This document shows, piece after piece, positions 54,044 to 64,000 of a stretch of 64,000 nt of DNA. The notes below the pieces were generated by a model. The model worked only from the letters and a program-made list of their open reading frames with translations, had not been told where the DNA came from and did not search any database. The DNA lies in NCBI GenBank assembly GCA_030141605.1, contig JAQGDQ010000297.1, forward strand, positions 186,001 through 250,000, in the 5' to 3' direction. Source of the stretch: Tubiluchus corallicola (lineage: Eukaryota; Animalia; Priapulida). How positions within the stretch are numbered: the first letter of the stretch is position 1; the number at the start of each line of letters is the position of its first letter. A program made the translations under genes and the position numbers.

Positions 54044-55100
54044 AGATCAACGTAGAGTAACCTCTAGAGCAACGTAGAACAAACCATGAGAACAACGTAA
54101 AGGCAACTACAAAAATAATGTAGAATAACTTCTAGATCAACGAAGAATATCTTCTAGATCAACATAGAACAAACTATAAGAACAACGTAAAAGTAACTAC
54201 AAAAAACAACGTAGAATAACTTCTAGATCAACGAAGAATATCTTCTAGATCAACATAGAACAAAATATAAGAACAACGTAAAAGTAATTACATAAACAAC
54301 GTAGAATAACTTCTAGATCAAGGTTGAACTAACTTCCAGATCAGCGTAGAATAACTTCTAGATCAACATAGAACAAACTATGAGATCACCGTAACAGTAA
54401 CTACAAAAACAACGTAGAATAATTTCTAGATCAAGGTAGAACTAACTATACAGGATCAGCGAAGAATATCTTCTAGATCAACATAGAACAAACTATGAGA
54501 TCAACGTAACAGTAACTACAAAAACAACGTAGAATAATTTCTAGATCAAGGTTGAACTAACTTCCAGATCAGCGTAGAATAACTTCCAGATCAACATAGA
54601 ACAAACTATGAGATCACCGTAACAGTAATTACATAAACAACGTAGAATAACTTCTAGATCAAGGTTGAGCTAACTTCCAGATCAGCGTAGAATAACTTCT
54701 AGATCAACATAGAACAAACTATGAGATCACCGTAACAGTAACTACAAAAACAACGTAGAATAATTTCTAGATCAAGGTAGAACTAACTATACAGGATCAA
54801 CGAAGAATATCTTCTAGATCAACATAGAACAAACTATGAGATCAACGTAACAGTAACTACAAAAACAACGTAGAATAATTTCTAGATCAAGGTAGAACTA
54901 ACTATACAGGATCAACAAAGAATATCTTCTAGATCAACATAGAACAAACTATAAGAACAACGTAACAGTAACTACAAAAACAACGTAGAATAACTTCTAG
55001 ATCAAGGTTGAACTAACTTCCAGATCAGAGTAGAATAACTTCTAGATCAACGTAGAACAAACTGCAAGATTAACGTTAAATAAATTACCAGATCAACTTA
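54044..55100. repeat. Minisatellite of 22-24-bp monomers organised as higher-order repeats (90/91 bp, then 113/115 bp)
   Basis: AGATCAACRTAGAACAAA recurs at 54156, 54247, 54360, 54475, 54588, 54701, 54816, 54931 and 55044. Confidence 0.95.
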
Positions 55101-56586
55101 GATATTAATCTAATAACATTAATTTACTTTGTTTTACTATCGTCACAATATAGTGTTAAACCTATTCTGGTCTTTGTGCTGGTTATAAGGTTGTTACAGC
55201 ACATCCATCCTATAAAATAAATATTACTCTCTAAAATATACACCAACTACACAGACACTCGCCATCACTCACACTAATAACCCTATCGACATGAATATGG
55301 CCACGACACTGAAGTTTATCTATTTTATGTTGATTCTGAATGATTTAAATTTTAGTTACAGACCTTCAAGAAACTGTTGAATATTCTGGGGGCTTCTGGC
55401 ATTTGCAAGAAGACTTTCTAGTCTTGGTGGCCAAATGTAAAAGATGCGTGAAGTTATCACTTACAGGAGTCGTCCATGCAATAAATATTCTGAAGTAAAA
55501 TTGTAAGATTTGTCACAGCGGTGACATTAAAAACATATTTAGCACCCTTGCAGAGCGTAGAAAAACGTATTGTTTGAGAGTTTATTAATGTATGTAAATG
55601 CATTTCTTTCGAAACAGAAACAAACCTTTGTATAAATGATTGCGAGTATGCATGAGTTTGGTTTGGTTGTTCTGTGTTCTTGCTGGTCTACAATACTGCA
55701 TGATTTAATCATGCCGAAATTTACCAGTATTAATGGCAAACCATGGGCCAGCACAAACTTTTCACAAAAATCTAAGGCAATGGAAATAATCAAATTTTTT
55801 TACACACCTTGCCTAATGTTGTGTGTTCAATAGAGAAGGAACATTTGCTCAAATCTGTCGATATGATGCAGTCGATAAATCCGTGTTTGGACACCGCTAT
55901 ATACTGAATTTATCCGTTTACAAAGGATGGCTTCAAAGCATTATTGCGGAATGTTGCTGTATCCACAGCTGTGCCTTTTCATTATTACCACAACAACGAT
56001 AACTACAACAATGACAACTATTTCAAGAGTGACAAGACTGGCCATTTTAGCATTTGGGCCGATAAAAATATATGCAGCAAGCACTGCTCAAACTGCAAGT
56101 GCTCAGAGCTGGCGACTAATTGTCACTCTTTGTATCAGAATTTCATCTTTTTCAACTGAATATTTTTTATGCTTTTTAGGAGGAAGACAGATTCTGAGGG
56201 ATCAATCTTATATAAAATTCATGGCCAAACATTCTTGAAATTTCAATATTGAAATCAATTATACCGTAGTACTAGAGAAAAAATCGATTATCAGTAATCG
56301 CTTCGACACATCATCCAAATTTAGTGTTGAGGTTAGAGTCTTCCATTGAGCTGCGTAGTGTTCATTAAAACTGCAACTGTGGTGTGGTTGCGCTGCACAA
56401 ATAATGGATGTGAAACGTGATGCATAAATTATAAAGTGATGACGATTCAATGCAGCTAAAACAATGATGCACTGAATGCAGAACTGGTGAGAAAATAAAA
56501 CCACAAAACGCTCGATGGTTTTCACCATTAGTAGTTTCTAACATGAGACAACATGCACAGTCTTCGAAAGTACACAATTGTTGCCA

Positions 56587-62154
<5,568 letters not shown>

Positions 62155-63100
62155 CTAAAACAAAATAAAATACATAATTGTATAAATAAACCTTCGAACC
62201 CCTCCCACAGGTATGTATGTAAGTGGCAGGCACATCTCTACTGCGATTGCAATTTCCACACATACTTCAGATGAGAAGGCACGACTATTACGCCAACTGA
62301 CCCCAAGAAACAGAAAATTGAATCTCATTAAACGCAAAACTATGGCTTACTCCTATACAGTATAGCATCTTGATGTAGTGATGTTTCATAATTACTATTG
62401 CTCCTGAATCGCTTACGTCAAGGGGTCAGTTAGCTAGATAGGTGTAGTACAGTCTAGATAGCTGTAGACTGTAACACCTGAGAAACACGAACGTTGGCAT
62501 AACCGAAGGAAACGACCCTGCCAAATCGCGAACATAGAATTGATGCAGAACATTAATTAATCTGCACCAATACTATATTCATGATGCGACACAGTGTTCT
62601 CACATTTAATGCTACTAATCTCCAATATAATCGCTCACGCAAAACTCTATGACTTTGATTAGCAAATAAAATTCTGCACGCAAGTTTTAAAGCGCACTAC
62701 ATTTGCCAACATTAAAGGTTTGTATAATACCTGTGACTGCCTGTGACTACCTGGCATCTCTGAACAATCATGGCGTGATCTTATACTCAAAGGACTTTTA
62801 GCTCTCTAAGTTTATATAATGCACCTGCCCCGTTCTTAACCACAGTATATCATTACTCCCCGTGCGACTTCTTGCCATGATCAAGAAACTAATAAGGGGA
62901 TCTTTCAGTCAAAATGCTGCAAGTGATAATTTTGAGAACGGCATCGCAAAATCCACTTTCAGCACCGTGGTCAAACGGCCAGTCGATTGGTCGGGACGGC
63001 GAATTTGTCTTTATGTGCAATGAAGGAAAACCTGTCAAGTTTACGCATTAAATCTGTATCAAATGTATCCTAATAATGATTGCTTTCTTTTTTAATCAGT

Positions 63101-63101
63101 T

Positions 63102-63161
<60 letters not shown>

Positions 63162-63170
63162 TCTCTCTCC
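63101..63170. repeat. (CT)n microsatellite; a further pyrimidine-rich tract lies at about 63385-63640
   Basis: Seen directly. Confidence 0.92.
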
Positions 63171-64000
63171 ACTTCTGTCTCAGTTTTTCTTACTCTCTCT
63201 TTCACTACCTTTCACTTTCAGTTGCATGACAGGCAGTGACGTGTTTGAGGATTTAGTTTCTTGCTATATCATCAAATGCACACAGAAGTAGGCAAAACTG
63301 TCATACCTAACATGGCTGGATAATTTTACTATTTATTTAAAATGTATATAGTTTGTGCCTAATGAATAATAAATAAATGATTGTTTCTCTTTCTCTACCC
63401 TCTCTCTTTCTCTCGCAAACACGCTCTCTTTCTATTTGGCTTCGTCCCTCTTTCTTTCTTTCTCTTACTCATCGTCCTTCTCCTCTCTTCTCTCTCCCCG
63501 CTATGTCTCTCACTTTCTAATCGGTTTCACTTTGACTACCCGTTTTCTTTTTCCATTTTATCGACTTTCTTTTTTTCTCTATCTACCTCTTTTTATCCTC
63601 ACACGTATCCCAACTGCCCTCTTTTTTACAATTATTCTTTCAAGGAAACGCGCTCTAAATCAGACAATTCAAACACGTGGCAAGAATTGCATTACGTATT
63701 TTCTTTGGTTCACGGCTTACTGTTGTCATTTAAAAATGCTAAAACGTTAGTGCTCCAAATCGTGCAGCGCCAAGGCTTACTAAAGATAATTACGTACATA
63801 TTGATTTGACAGATTATAGCGACAGAAAATAAATTAGGTATAATGACAAATTCATTCAAATTATATTAAATTTTCTCTGCTTTTGAAAGTAAGGAAATTA
63901 AAATTATGTTCTAGAGTCAAATCAATTTCAGTCTAGAATTACAGCTTACAGAGTTAATGTAATTATCGTACAGAAATCACGCAATTTAACAGTATGCTCA

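Noticed and set aside
54044-55100. CRISPR-like array or heat-shock-element cluster
   Set aside because: No unique spacers and a eukaryotic context; GAA/TTC spacing does not fit nGAAnnTTCn; stop codons recur in the frames I read and the ORF track lists none here.

Overview
This is AT-rich, intron-containing animal genomic DNA, most likely from a bilaterian invertebrate; it is not prokaryotic. Four spliced protein-coding genes, all on the minus strand, were rebuilt by hand with consistent splice phases: (1) a complete 6-exon classical-type aquaporin (289 aa) with NPA/NPV motifs and an atypical A/V/I/R selectivity filter; (2) a complete 7-exon chymotrypsin-like S1A serine protease (293 aa) whose long propeptide carries two Pro/Arg/Trp-rich repeats; (3) a Golgi HNK-1ST/CHST-family sulfotransferase-like gene with 2 coding exons (467 aa), a Q/N/K-rich stem and degenerate PAPS-binding motifs; (4) the 3' part (6 exons) of a Trk neurotrophin-receptor tyrosine kinase with Shc and PLCgamma-type docking motifs and a GC-AG intron. 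Introns and intergenic DNA hold decayed LINEs, non-autonomous DNA transposons (hAT, Kolobok-like, Harbinger-like, a TA-flanked hairpin), SINE-like remnants, degenerate Penelope-type hammerhead ribozyme motifs, microsatellites and two complex minisatellites. Most ORFs in the supplied track are repeat-derived artefacts. Family assignments rest on motif recognition by eye; no database searches were run.
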